The notes beneath the pieces are model-generated. The model worked only from the letters and a program-made list of their open reading frames with translations. It made no database searches and was not told where the DNA came from. The position numbers and the translations under genes are program-made. A stretch of 64,000 nt of DNA. It comes from Octopus vulgaris. Its lineage: Eukaryota. This document shows, one piece after another, positions 1 through 14,145 of this stretch (position 1 is the stretch's first letter; each line of letters starts with the position of its first letter). The DNA lies in contig OX597827.1 of NCBI GenBank assembly GCA_951406725.2, positions 79,608,001-79,672,000 on the forward strand. Reading direction: 5' to 3'.

Positions 1-2695
1 AGGACTAACAAACCAACCATACTTGACTGTAGAGCTTCATCCACCTCTCATTTGGGGTTAGCCCTGTTTGAAGAGAAGAGGATGTTGCTTACCAGAGAAA
101 CATGTATGATTGAAAGAAAGCATTCAGGAAAAAGATAAAGATCATTTACATAAATTGGAACCTCTAAAATGTTTGTATGATGCAGCCTTATCAAATTCAT
201 TGTAGATTGAAGTTGTAGGGTCAGTAAAAGTCTACATTCTTGAGTAGACCTAAGAATATGCATTAACTTTAGAATTAAGAAATGATTCTTGGTTGTTAAC
301 AAAGATAGCCTTGATGTTGCTCAATTCAGTCAATGTTTCTAGGAACTTGTTTGAGGTTTTCCAGCTTGAAAAGAAAGGTGGTAGTTAGGCTAGATTGGAG
401 ACTGTCAGGGGAAGAGTATGTTGATAAGATAGGAACAATGATAGAAAGAAAATATTTAGTAAATAGATCTACCATAGCTTGATGCAAAAATGAATGGCTG
501 AATATTCGAAGTTCATATTTCATACCATTCATTTGATGATATCTCCCACCAATGGAGTTACCTTGCTGAACTCTGGTGCCAGAAAGTATGCACTGATTTC
601 CACAGAACTATTTCAGAAACAGTATTTATAAATTAAATTTACATTTCAATATACACATGAGAATTATATTTGTACTTCTTATATCAAGCTTCTCATATAC
701 ATATTTCTCTTTCTTTTTCTACAAAAATGACAACTTATAAAACATATAAGACAAAATTGTTGTTCAAATCAGTCAATAGTGAAGGAACAGACTTAAAAGT
801 CAGCAGTATTTCAGCTGTAATCATTAGTCTTTTTTGTGGGGGAGAGGGCAGTGCACCCAGTACCACATTATCAAATGTCCTTCTTGAAAGACAATAGGGC
901 ACGGTTTAAAGTAGATTTAACTGCTATTTCTAGAAGGTCGAATGATTTAGTAAAGACTGCTTATTTAACTCGTAAATGCCACACGGTTTCCGCTAGGGAT
1001 GCCGGAGTTGCTTCCCTTTTAATCTTTCTCTACTCGCTGTATAGAATTGCATTATTCAAGTGCTATGAATTGTCTTTTAATCGATGTAACTTATATAATT
1101 GATTTCTGAAACTATACATATAATTTTGAAACGAAAGAGAGGACAATGATACATTTCTGTTTTGCTTTATCATCCTATGACTAATTATACAAATTCGGAG
1201 GAGAGAACATTTTGTTATAGTGATCTCAGTTTTTGAGTAGCATTTATTTTACCGGGACTTCAGAAAGTTGAAAAGGAAAGACGATTGGCATGGCAAGGTT
1301 TTTAAGTTAAATACTAAAATACAAGTTGTGTTATTTCACCTCTCTTTACCTGCTAATTATTAAAAACAATTTTGGTACTAAATTATAAATTTTCTCTTTT
1401 GTGGAAATGTGCCTTTGAGATTGTATAAAATAAACATATCCATTAAAGAGTTCTTGTCATCTTTGTTTGAGAAGAACTATATTTAGACGTAGAGGTGCAA
1501 ATTAGAAATTCATAGCATGTCTTCTGCTGTCCTGAGTATTGTTGTGGCTTCAGTAAAAACAATTAATGTGACATGGTGTGCAGAGGTATTTTTCCTTGAT
1601 GTTCTATTTCCTTCGTTTGTAGTTTTGTTTGTAAAAGAAGAGACATTGACGACCAGGAGAGAGTAATATATTTCATGATGTATGTCTTAAAATAGTGCTT
1701 CCTCCCTTATAATATACTTGTATGTACTCATGAAGGATATAAAACGTTGAAACGAACACAACAAAACAGCTTCCCAAACCTTTTAAAAGTTCCATTGAAT
1801 CACCACACTTGATAGGTTGTCTCTTTTGTCAATCTTAAAAGGATGAAAGGCAAAGTTGATTCCAGCAGTAAAAGGACTCAATGAGTCAGAACACCAAGAG
1901 GCACACTATCCAATGCTCTAATGAATTTACCAGTACCTCCCTCCCTCCCTCCATCCATCCATCCATCCATCTGTCTGTCTGTGTATGTACACACACACAC
2001 ACACACACACATGCATCACTGATATATATATCAAGAAAGGATGCAAAACCAGTGTTCTTCAAAAGTGATATTTGACTCTACTACTTTACAGACATTTCTC
2101 TTTTCACTCTCACTTTCAGAATTAGCTCACCAGAAATCACAAGACAATAATGCTGTGTTAACCAATTGCAATCTAAAATAAATGAAAAAAAAACTGGACT
2201 ATATAACAATTAGCTATAATCCATCCTTGCAAAATCTTTGTCTCATGCTTATAAAAAATCATTCATTAATAGCATTCGTTATATGATAATCTTGCAATAT
2301 CATTGGATCCCAAATATGTACACCATCACCGTGTAATAAAATTTACAGGAAAAAAATAATCAATATTGATTGAAAATGGTCGTCTGACTTATCCATTGGA
2401 AATGAAAAAAGTTAAACTGCTTGTATAAATGATATCACAGAAACGTTAAATACTCTGAATTTTCTACTGCTATAGGTATGCTTATCAAGAGGAGGATAAT
2501 GCTGACAAAGAGTATTTTAATGATATATTTATAGGCTTATATATATTATACATATGCCTCATATCATTATCACAACCACCACTAACATTATCATTTATCA
2601 TCAGATGTCCTTCTTTTGTCAATCCTTTTAGTTACTTCTTATGACATGCTAGGGTGTAATGTACCTATTCTAAAACCAGAATACACATAGTATTG

Positions 2696-2742
<47 letters not shown>

Positions 2743-3703
2743 AACACACACATATACATACATGCCTGTATCTTTATCTCTTGGTATGAATAAATATGGC
2801 AAACATTTTGTAATTTCTTTATTAAAGCATGTAAAAAGTACGCAATAGTGAATAACATATGGAAATTGAAATCTTAATTTCTTCATTAAGGTTAATAGAA
2901 ATGGTCATGGAAGAACTGCAACAAAATGTCAAGCCATGGATTGTTTATGGAGAAACCTAATATTTAACTGAAAATATTTTATCTTCTTCAATTCTGAATT
3001 ATTTGCAAGCATTCCAAAATATGCATTGATACACATAGCTGTTTTAACATAGCACATTACAAGATTTTAATATATATTTTTAAATAGCCAATAAAAAATT
3101 ATCCTTTAAACTTCATAATTTCAATATTATATATTAGATAGAGCATTATATATGAAAATAAGCATCTATTATAACATCTGTTTTGTGTTATAACAACAAC
3201 TAAAAATTTCTCTGTAGAAGCAATTATACAAGTGTAGCAGTAACTGCATTTCATAATGACAATATTAATGGCTAGAACCTTTTATATCTCCCCATTTACT
3301 AGACACTTTATACTTATTATGAAAGACAAAAGTTATTATCCATTCAACATGTCATAATACTCAAATATACACCATCTAAATATTGTATGAAGGCAATATA
3401 AAGCAATTTACCTACATTGTTTAATCCTTTATCACTATTTCATGTAAAAGACATTCATCATGGCGTAGTATTCCTGTGCAACTGCTGTAGTAGTGAGATA
3501 GTGGCAATATATTGATACAAAGATTTGTGAGTCATAGTGGGAGACAACTAGACTCTAAAAGGATGTTATTTATCTGTAAATTTAACATTCATTTTTTTTT
3601 TAAATTCTAATTGAAATGTTACATTAATAATTTTGTACTAGGAACCAAAGTAGCTAGTTATAAAATCCCCAAAACAGATAGAGTAGTAACGTATAATAAA
3701 TAC

Positions 3704-4141
3704 TAAAGCCAGTGCCACATCAAAGTGGCAGTAAAATGTTACTACTAGTTTAACCCCAGGCAGATTCTCCACCAGCTGGTTATCAGTGCAACAAACTGCA
3801 CCCTTTATATACAATACATCGCTCACAGAGGTAGCGAACCCCTATTACTCTCCAGTAGCTTTCAGAATCATGAGACTGACTCAGTTTCAAGCTATTTGGC
3901 TCATCATCGGCCCTGAGCATCCATGTACTGGAGTGATAGCTAGGATCTGCTACTGCTAACGATATATTGTAAACAATCTTGTTGGCTGCTGCAGGGTAGT
4001 AGGGGTTCGTTCCCCCTGTTAGCAATATATTGTATATAAAAGGTGCAAAGTGTTGCACTGATAAGCAGCTGGTGGAGAATCTGCCTAGGGTTAAACTAGT
4101 AGTAACATTTGACTGTCACTTTGATGTGGCAACTGGCTTTA
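3704..4141. mobile_element. MITE/foldback-like element with about 150-bp imperfect terminal inverted repeats
   Basis: TAAAGCCAGTGCCACATCAAAGTG... at the left pairs with ...CACTTTGATGTGGCAACTGGCTTTA at the right. Confidence 0.8.
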
Positions 4142-4595
4142 CTGTTTTGTTCTAAGGATTTTTTGATATAATTTGAATTATATCTTATACAATTATCTCC
4201 TATACACTTTACATGTCTAAATTTATGAATGAAAATGTGCTTTTAAATATGACCATATTTACACACATTGAATGTTGTGACATCTAAAACTTTTATATTT
4301 GCTCTCAACAACTAATTTACAGTAACTCTTAAAGTGATTGTTTATTCAAAATAATGTAAAAATTGTAAGTTTTTGTAATTTCATCAATGTTATTTCAATA
4401 TTTATTCACAACTTTAACAGTACATTTAGAATAAATAATTCAATACTTAAAATAAAAAAAACAACTCAGTCGAGTATCTTAAAATGAAAAATTTCAGACT
4501 GAATAATTTATAGTGAATACTCCTCTTTCTAAGCTCACATCCAATGAAGACTGAACACAAGATTTATAAGATAGTAGCTCAAATATAATTCAATA

Positions 4596-4627
<32 letters not shown>

Positions 4628-5026
4628 CAATGTATAAAAATAGCATTAAATAGGTTCAGGAAAACATTTGTGAATATTTGAATATTTAGGATTTCAGTTT
4701 GAATATAAATATTTTCTATAACAAAAAATTTACTATTTCTTCTTTACTGGCTCTAGGTATATATCTTGTTCATATCAATCCTCTAGTGTGGGATTTTGTA
4801 TGGTTTGTAGTTCCTATATACAAACTGAAAAATAAAGAAATATATTTTAAATAACATTGAGAAAGGATTTTTTTACTGTGTTTTAAGAAAGAAAATCAAA
4901 ATAAAAATTTATGCTGATAGTATGTATTCAAATTTATGCTATATTTAGTAGTTTCTACTATATGAAATACTCATAAAGGCTTTTGATAGTTTTCCATTTG
5001 AAATAATAGCATTAAAAAAAGTATAC

Positions 5027-5441
5027 TCTTTACTCTCTTTTTACTCTTTTACTTGTTTCAGTCATTTGACTGCGGCCATGCTGGAGCACCGACTTTAGTC
5101 GAGCAAATCGACCCCGGGACTTATTCTTTGTAAGCCCAGTACTTATTCTATCGGTCTCTTTTGCCGAACCGCTAAGTGACGGGGATGTAAACACACCAGC
5201 ATCGGTTGTCAAGCAATGCTAGGGGGACAAACACACACACACAAACATATACACACACACAATATATATATATACATATATACGACAGGCTTCTTTCAGT
5301 TTCCGTCTACCAAACTCACAAGGCATTGGTCGGCCCGGGGCTATAGCAGAAGACACTTGCCCAAGATGCCACGCAGTGGGACTGAACCCAGAACCATGTG
5401 CTTGGTTAGCAAGCTACTTACCACACAGCCACTCCTGCACC
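5027..5441 (-). mobile_element. tRNA-derived SINE
   Basis: Minus-strand head with A box TGGCTGTGTGG and B box GGTTCAGTCC, internal (TG)/(TA) tract, AAAAGAGTA tail; homologous to 20347-20735. Confidence 0.85.
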
Positions 5442-6519
5442 TATTGTACCAGTGAATATATAATAAATTGTTTCAGTGTTGTTTATACAATATAAAAATA
5501 TAAAATAAACAATTTTATAATAAAAAAAATCATATCAACAGATTTATTGGAGTAGTAGCAAACTCATTCTCCATATGTCTTCTGTCAGAGATTATCAGTG
5601 AATTGAGCCAACATTTTCAGTTTTAAAAATATCTTCTTAAATCACAAAAATATCAGACTTCCAAAGATTTTGTTGTTTGGATGAGTTGAGAAATTATGGA
5701 AGCACTTGATACAGGCATGAAATGGTAATAATAACATTAATATTGCTGTTCTATTTATATTTAATAAATTACTTTGATATTTGCAATGTCTGATGTACAA
5801 TGTCTCCTTCACTCAATCTCTGACTGGTGGAAATGTTTCATTTAGGCTGTCACCTTCCTCACAAGACTTATCTAAATGCTTATTGTAGAACTATCATTGC
5901 AATAGTAAATATTTTAGATTGAGATAATTAGGTATACACTTTTATATCACAATTATTTAGAAAATGATTGTTAGTAGGAAACCCTGTCAATTTTCTTAAA
6001 TCTTACTTCAGATGTCAACAGATGCCAAATGTATCCAAATTTAAATATTTGAAACTTTCATTTACTGTAACAATTCTTAATAATTGAGCATAATTGTCCT
6101 GACAACATAATAAAATTATAAACAATTGTAAATGAGTTATTTAGTTCTCCAAATTATTTTAAAATGAATTCAAATCCTTGAAGTTTATGATTCTTTGTGA
6201 GAAAATTAGAATATTTATAGTGAGCAAATTCTGCAATACATTGATGTAGCTGTTAAGACTAAAAATAAAACAAAAATCAAAATAACCACCAAAAACTTTA
6301 ATGTGGACAAGAATTGTATTATTAATTTTCATTTCTAACTGTGTGAATTTATAATAATCACAAAATGAATGTATTATTCAAGTGAAGATTCAACCTATCA
6401 AAAGAGACATCCCACATTTAAATGACTTTGATCACATAGCAATACTTTGCAATGAATAGATATAGATGACTGAGAATACAATAAATTCAACATGTGAAAC
6501 TGGTCACAGAAGTTGCTAT

Positions 6520-8010
6520 AGCAACACCAGTGGAACTGGTGGTGATCTGAATGTTAGTGGGAATTTCCATCCTTTGGCACATTGTTCTATCTCTGAGTGA
6601 TAAAGAGATTGGAGTAAATTGTCTGAAGATTTCTGTTAAATGCCTCTTCTGCATTTCTAGTTATTCCAACTATGAATGTTGGCTTGATACATTAACTGTC
6701 TCATCTCAGCCTGAGACAAAGTTTGGGTTGTGTGCTGTTTCAGGGGCACTATTGATGTGATTAATGCATCTGAAAACACACAGTGTTGTGGACACTACAA
6801 TAGCCACAGATAGTATTACAGCTGCTGCTACAATGATAATTATCCAAGTCATATTCAGGTCGTGACCAGACTGGAATGGCACAGCAGTCAACATTGGAGA
6901 TGTATCATTACTAACAAACAGTGTTAGTATGATAGCAGTTGTTGCTGATTGAACTGGAGTACCACCGTCTTTCACTATAAACTGCAGCTCATATGTTCCT
7001 GCATCATTTTGGTAAACTGTGCGAGAGAAAGATAACACACCAGTGTGTGAATTCACTGTAAACAGGTTTTTATCATTGGATCTCAGTATTCCATATGTGA
7101 GGAAAGCATTGTTTCCAGTGTCTTTGTCAGATGCTCTCAGAATTGTGATGTCCTTCTTACTGTGTGGATGGTAGTGGACATCGAGATTGTAAGGGTCATT
7201 ATTAGGAAACGTAAAATACGGAGCATTATCATTTTTATCTAGAATCTCAATAAGAATATGTATACTAAACACTGGAACTCAAAGATGTCTTTAACTTCTC
7301 CAAATATTGGTTGTGATGTAGAAATAAATCCATATTTTGTCAGTTGGAAAGGAATGTTATCATTGTTGTTATCATTGATGATAGAATATGTAAGTTGGCC
7401 TCCATCTCCAAGATCAGGGTCTGTAGCATTGATGAAGCCAATAGGGAAGTCAACTTTCTGGTTTTCATAGGTGAGGAATTGGAATGTCTCTTTGGTAAAA
7501 TGTGGTTCTACATCATTGACATCAGTTACTTTGACAGAGAACTGTTTCTTAGTCTTCAATGGAGGTGATCCCATGTCATGACATACAATCGACACAACAT
7601 AATGGTCTATAGTTTCTCTGTCAAGAGGTTCTTTCACCGATATTTTATATTCTTTAGAACCCATATTAGAAAGCTGGAACATTTTATGGTAAATATTACA
7701 CTTAATTTGTCCATTAGGTCCACTATCAGTGTCAGTGACCATAACATAAGCTGTAAAATTATGAATTTTATTGAATTTTATATTGCAAATAGACATTTCT
7801 GATAAAGGAAATATAAAATCTATGATGAAATTTTGAGCATTATTTTGAATGTTAATTCCATTGATAATCAGCATTGCTGTTGAGCTTAGTGAAGTATACA
7901 TTTGATCATTTGCTTCAGTGTGTGTTAGGTATTTTCCTTTTTCTAAATATATAAACATCAATAATAAGTTATCAAGTATTAGGATTTGATTTAAAGTCAT
8001 CCCTGGCTTT
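6520..8010 (-). pseudogene. Truncated, frameshifted protocadherin (end of EC3 to cytoplasmic tail)
   Basis: ORFs 7239-8000 and 6706-7272 align to the intact gene. About 34 nt are deleted near 7262 (FQCLV..HILIEILD vs FQVLVRDNGSPSLNNTANVIVEIMD). An upstream frame reads ARDDFKSNPNT**LIID vs ARDHFRINKETGEIFLD. The tail continues in shifted frames (SQAEMRQLMYQAN vs SRSEMRNLIYQTN). No EC1-EC2 visible. Confidence 0.88.
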
Positions 8011-8435
8011 AATATCTTTTTATTGTATTCTTTGCATTTGTAAAAATTCTCATTTCAGAATATATTAGCATTTGATTTATATTGAAATTTTCTTTCTGCA
8101 TCATTGCACACACGCATGCACGCGCACATATTTCGCAACAGATAAGTAATCTTGATATTTACTTACAGTCGTTACCTGTAAATGAAATCATTGAAACTAC
8201 TGAGTTGTTCCCCTTACAACGTATCTATTTCTGAATGCTGAAATATTTAAAAATTATAATGTATGAATATAATTTTATTTAATTGTTTTATAAAAAATAA
8301 CGACGGGAAATTTTTTATGGAATACTAATTTTTCTTAGATTTTGGGGACCTAGTCTTTCTCATTCGCAAAATGAGCCACCCTTAATTATGCTCAGATTGT
8401 TCTCAATTTTGGTGTATCGTTGCAACTCGGAATTT

Positions 8436-9640
8436 TAATAATAATAATGAAATTATTGTATACAGTGCTCAGGTGCACCACAACTTGTCAGAAAGTGCAT
8501 ATAAAGTACATGCAGTAATGTAATGTATGAGTCAGATACATGCTTGCGTGTGTATGGAGGGGAGAAAATCAGGTGTAGTGTTGGCGAATCTTAGGTAGCA
8601 TGGAAGGATGCAATGCTCCGACAACTAACAACTGATGCCGGCAGTTTGTTCCATGCTTCAGCAACTCTTAGCATGAAAAAATGTTTCCTGAAGTCATGGG
8701 AGCTGTGCTGTTTTCTGACTTTGTAAACATGTCCACAGGTGTTAGACGGGTGGAGTTCGAAAAGGTGCTCAGAGTTATTGTTTGTAAGATGGTTAATAAT
8801 TTTATGGGTGTCTGCCAAGTCAGCTGCCAGATGTCGGAGTTTCAATGTGTCCATGCCCAGGGAAGTAAGGCGTTCAGAATATGGCAAATGCCTGATGGAG
8901 GGTATTCTTTTGGTTGCACGTCACTGAACGGCTTCCAGACCGGCAAATTCCAGTTGAGGTCTTACCATAGCTATATAAAGCCGCAGATAGATAGCGGGAG
9001 AGCAGCTCGCAAAGGACTTGGTGAGTGATGCCAAGATACCCTCAGCTTTCTTGGCAATTTTAGCGATGTGTTTTGTCCAACGCAAATCGCTGTCGACAAT
9101 AACACCCAGGTCACGTTCACATGAAGACTCCCTGAGATTAGTGTTGTGGAGGGAGTAAGTAGACGGGTTTTTCCTCCCAAAATGCATAGTGGTACATTTG
9201 CCCACAGCCAGCTTGAGTTGCCAGTCCATGATCCACTGCTGCATTGTGTCCAGGTTTGATTGCAATAGAGATCTATAGTGTACAGGATCTGTCCTCTTTA
9301 TTTCGAGGTACAGCTTGATGTCATCTGCATATTTCAGCACTGTGGCATTCTTTAAGTTGGCATCTATGTCATTAACATATGCAACAAATAAAAGGGGGGG
9401 GCCAAGAACAGATCCCTGTAGTACACCAGATGTTATCCCATAGGGCGAAGAGTGCTGTCCTAGAACTGTGACAACCTCTTTTTGGCCAAAAATAAAGGAC
9501 TTCAACCAGTTATAGAGATCGTCTCTTTTGCCCAACGCAGAGAGTTTCACCATAAGTCTTTTGTGTGGCACAGAGTTAAAAGCCTTAGCAAAGTCCAGGT
9601 AAACAACATCCACCCAGGATCCGCGATTATGATCAACCAA
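8436..9640 (-). mobile_element. 5'-truncated CR1-group LINE
   Basis: RT motifs YLDFAKAFNSVPH, GVLQGSVLGP, KYADDIKLY; C-terminal FFMLRVAEAWNKLP; (TTA)n tail. Confidence 0.9.
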
Positions 9641-10864
9641 TTACTCTATCTCATAAATTAAAGAATCTGATGTTATTTGGAAATAAAGTTGGGAAATTTG
9701 GGTAATTTTAGCCAATCAACAGACAGCGTGGATTAGCAGCTTGTTACCATGATAACCACATGCTGTGTTGTGGTTCACTGTTGTCTGTGCTGCTATTTTG
9801 TTTTAATTTTTCTGTGTGTTAGTATATTACATATTTTTCTGTGCTTCTGTGTATTAGTATTTTTCTGTGTGCTAGTATTTTTACATATTTCATTCTTTTT
9901 GGGGGGTGAGGGGAACTCATTGACTCAGCTGGATTTATGATTTCACTAGGTTGTGTTCATAAAAATTTTAATTAGGAGTATTTCTTAAACCATTAGCTTT
10001 ACATTCCGACAGCTGAACTGAAATTTAGCCCACATAACAGGAATTGAGAAGGATATCGTGAAACAGAGAAACTGTGCGTAATACTGATAATTTGACATTA
10101 TTTTTGAATTCTGCATGCAAAAACATATAAGATACAGGTATTCTTTTCCTTGGGACAAATTCTTTGTTGACCAGGGTTATTCTCATCGTAGTTTACAAAT
10201 CCAAGCATGAAAACGTTACTCAACTTTGAAGTTTTGGAGACAGCTGCCTACTTTTCACACACACATACACACACATGCACTTATATATTAATGATGTACA
10301 CAAATACAAGACAGGTATACATAATACTGAAATACGCATAAAGTAAACAGATGCAGACAAATATACTAATATAACAAATTTTTTTTAATGATAAAAAAAT
10401 ACAAATAAAGAGACAAAAGAACAGTAAGATGATGCATGTTGATTTTAGGTTTTTTTGTTTATTTTAGAAACCTGCAATGAAATTAAGTAATTCTGTTTAT
10501 TTAGAAACCTACAATGAACAAGTCAGATGCTAAATTATAAATTTTACCAGGTACAACCTAAAAGTTGACACCACTCCACTAAACATAGAAAATTTATGTC
10601 TCACCTTTGGCTAAAAATACCGTTTTTAAAATGTTTAAACCTCTGTAACTTTTTTCTCCAATTTTTTTCTCCACATCAGACCTTCAAAGCAATGAGACTG
10701 GAAGGCTACATTATTATTGCCGATATTCAGATTTTTTACTTCTTTTAAAAAAATGCATATTTTGTGAATGCAAAAAGCTAGATCTAATCTTGGTTAAAGT
10801 GTGTTGATGTGTGAGTAATCTGCTCTAAAATTATTTTATATAATAGTAAAAATAATCTTGATTA

Positions 10865-11261
10865 CCATCAATGTTTTATCATGTGTTCAATAATTCTTCT
10901 TGACCATTTCTTCCTCTCTGTCCATGTTTAAGCTTCTGATGACTAATGAGACCGATTCTTGCATGGAAGTGTCTATTGCAAAGTCCACAAGGGATCTGTT
11001 GTGGAGGCTTTGATTGTTGCAGTCTCCATTTTCTTTCTTGTCATTTCTCTTCTTCTTTCCTCTGTCATTCATCTTCAAAATGGTCTGTCACAGTGAAGAT
11101 AGAAAGATGCCAGCCAGGCCAGTCCTGAGCTTCAATGTCCCAAGCCCTGATTGCAGTCAGTTTTAGACTTTGCTTCAGCTAGTACTTGTATCAATTAGGG
11201 GACAGCCATGGAGGCTTCTTTCAGTATAAAGTTCACCATATAAAATTTGGTGAGGCATAGA
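10865..11261 (-). mobile_element. RTE/BovB-like LINE 3' fragment with 20-bp target-site duplication
   Basis: Minus strand reads LYGELY..LKQSLK..AQDWPGW..FHARIGLISHQK. AGTAAAAATAATCTTGATTA occurs at 10845-10864 and 11262-11281. Confidence 0.8.
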
Positions 11262-11459
11262 AGTAAAAATAATCTTGATTATATATTTTGAGAAACCAAT
11301 GTGGTGCAGAGAATCAGAACTGGAAGGTCACCTGACAAACATGTTTTGTGATTTTTACTTAAGCTCATAGATTCTGAAGTGTTGTATCAACCATTTTATC
11401 TTCTCTGGCACCTTCTTTACAACCTCATGAAGGTTGCTATCATTCTCTGGTCCATTATC

Positions 11460-13078
11460 ATCACCATCATCATTTAATGTCCGCTTTCCATGCTGGCATG
11501 GGTTGGACGGTTTGACTGAGGACTGACACACCAGGAGGCTGCACCAGGCTCCAATTTGATTTGGCAGGGTTTCTACAGTTGAATGCCCTTCCTAACGCTA
11601 ACCACTCCAAGAGCATAGTGTGTTTTTTATGTGCAGCCAGTACAGAATCCAGTCTGGTATCACTGGCATCGACCACGCACAAATGGTGCTTTTTACGTGT
11701 CAGCAGTATAGGTACCAGTCAGGCAGTACTAGCATCAGCCATGCTTGAATGGTGCTTTTTACATGTCACTGGCATGGTTGCCAGTCAGGTGGCACTGGCA
11801 TCGGTCATGACTACAATTTCACTTGGTTCAACAGGTTTTTTACAAGTATGGCATATTGCCCGATGATTGAAGGATGTTTTTAAATGGGCCAGTTATGCGA
11901 CACTGGTATCAGTCATGGCTATGTTCTCACTTGGCAGGCCACATATTCTCAAGCACAACATATCTCCAAAGGTCTTGGTCATTTGTCATTGCCTCTGTGA
12001 AGCCCAATGTTTGAAAGTCATGCTTCACCACCTCATCCCATCTCTTCCTGGGTCTACCTCTTCCACAAGTTCCCTCCACTGTTAGGGTGTGACACTTCTT
12101 CACACAGCTGTCCTCGTCCATATGCAACACATGACCATACCAGCACAGTTGTCTCTCTTGCACATCACATCTGATGCTTCTTATGTCCAACTTTTCTCTC
12201 AGAGCGCTTACACTCTGTCATGTTTGCATTCTGACATTACACACCCAGCAGAGCATACTAACTTCATTTCTTTCAAGCCCATGCATGTCCACATCAGTCA
12301 CAGCCCATGTTTCACTGCTGTGTAGCATGATTGTTTGCACACAGGTACCATACAGTCTACCTTTCACTCTGAGGAAGAGGCCTATTGTTACCAGCTGAGG
12401 TAGGAGCTCTCTGACCTTTGCCCAGGCTATTCTTATTCTCAGAGCATCCACTCAACTACTGACTTGGTCACCTAGGTAATGGAAGCTATCAACTACTTCT
12501 AGCTTTTTCCCATGGCATGTGATGGAATCTGTATCCTGTACATCTTAAGTGTTTATTGCACCTGTTCTTCTGCTACACACAAAAACTATCTTTCCAGTTA
12601 ACCTTCCTTCGATATTACTGCACTTCTTATGTGTCCATAGTTTACACTGGGTACATCTTATGGAGTTTCTGCCAATACTTTTTCTACAGATTGAGCAGGG
12701 CCATCTACCTGAAGGGATTTGTGATTTGTCTGCTTTCCTACTTACTAAGTCTTTGGTTTTTGCTAGGTTCTCTCTATGGCCTTTTGATTCTAGACCTTGC
12801 TTCCACACCTGAAACTTCTTCTCTAGTTCTGGTAATGTCTCAACTATTACAACAAGGTCATCAGCATAGAGGAGCTCTCAGGGGCAGCCTGTCTTGAATT
12901 CCTTGGAGGGCTATGATGAATAAGAGAGGGCTGAGGACTGATCCTTGGTGAGCCCTCACTTCTACCCGGAATTCTTCACTATAATTGTTGCCAACCTTAC
13001 TGACAGCATTCCTGCACATGGCTTGTACAGCTCTCACCAACCATTTATCTATCCCCAGTTTCTGCATTGACCACCAGG
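11460..13078 (-). mobile_element. RTE-clade LINE, 3' part, decayed
   Basis: HQGSVLSPLLFII, WPCSICRK..CTQCKLWTHKKC, WYGHVLHMDEDSCVKK..GRGRPRKRW; (GAT)n tail. Confidence 0.88.
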
Positions 13079-14114
13079 GGATGAATAAAAGACAATAAGT
13101 TAGGATGTGTTGACACTTAAAGCTTCACCACTGATTTTCTTGTTCATGATGCCAAGCATTTTCTTGTTCACAATGGTAAGCATTTTCTAAACGATATGGT
13201 CAACCTTCATTTGCCTTAACATTAAAACTCGTGTCTTCTCTAAAAATTTTATATGCAGATTTCAACTTCTGTCATTGTAAATGAACCTCATCAGATCTCT
13301 GTTCAACATATTACGTATACATGGCTTCTATGTTTTTATCATGTGTTACTGAGATGTAAAAGTTTAGCAAAATGAAATTACAATTTGGAAACTCTATAAA
13401 TCCAGACAACATGATAATTTTATATAAACTGAGACCCAAAAAATCCCACCTGTACATGTGTACACACACACACACACACACACACGCGCGCACACACACA
13501 GTAGTTTGTAATGATATATATATCAGGTTTGGTAAAAATATTTTTTATATCTCACAGGACAAGGTCACTAATTAATATGAAATCTAAAAAGCAAAGATGG
13601 ATAAAAACCAAAACAAAAAACAAACAAAAATAGATGTCTGTTTTACAATATTTTGGCAAGAATAATAAATAATGAAATTGCTGTTGATAGGGACTGGTGA
13701 GAAACTAAAAGGATGGTTTTTATTTTGAGAGGTTTGAAAATGGAATGGTTGGGAGTACCACTGAGAGACAAATGAATTTGCAATTATGTTCATTCTGTCA
13801 CTATTAGATAGATGGAATCGTATGTCTACTTTTTAAGCAAATTGTAACTCAGACTATTTTAGCGTGTTCTCCAGACTATTTATTTGGTATATCTCTTTAG
13901 ACAGCTGTGTATAGCTTACTAGAATCCTAACCAAAAATATTATGAAACCAGTAAATTTGGGATGTTATTGTTGCCATCTTCACTCTCATCATCATCATCA
14001 GTGTTTTTCCCTCGTCTTATCATGAATTAGATGGATTTCAGCTTAATTTGTTTCCATCTCTCATTTATTAAAAAAATCTGTCATTACATCATGATGAATA
14101 AAATACATTTGCGA

Positions 14115-14145
<31 letters not shown>

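Noticed and set aside
1-600. Possible ancient LINE remnant (similar impressions at 14200-14400, 20850-21260, 47590-48120)
   Set aside because: Too decayed for a diagnostic motif to be read with confidence.
7940-8000. MTLNQILILDNLLLMFIY as a signal peptide of a short protocadherin
   Set aside because: Another frame of the same DNA aligns to mid-EC3 of the intact gene, so the hydrophobic stretch is an out-of-frame coincidence.
8161-8190. TTTACAG|GTAACGACT|GTAAGT splice-like cluster upstream of the pseudogene
   Set aside because: It lies at the edge of a repeat-like segment (GTTGTTCCCCTT, also reversed near 20105) and has no supportable partner exon.
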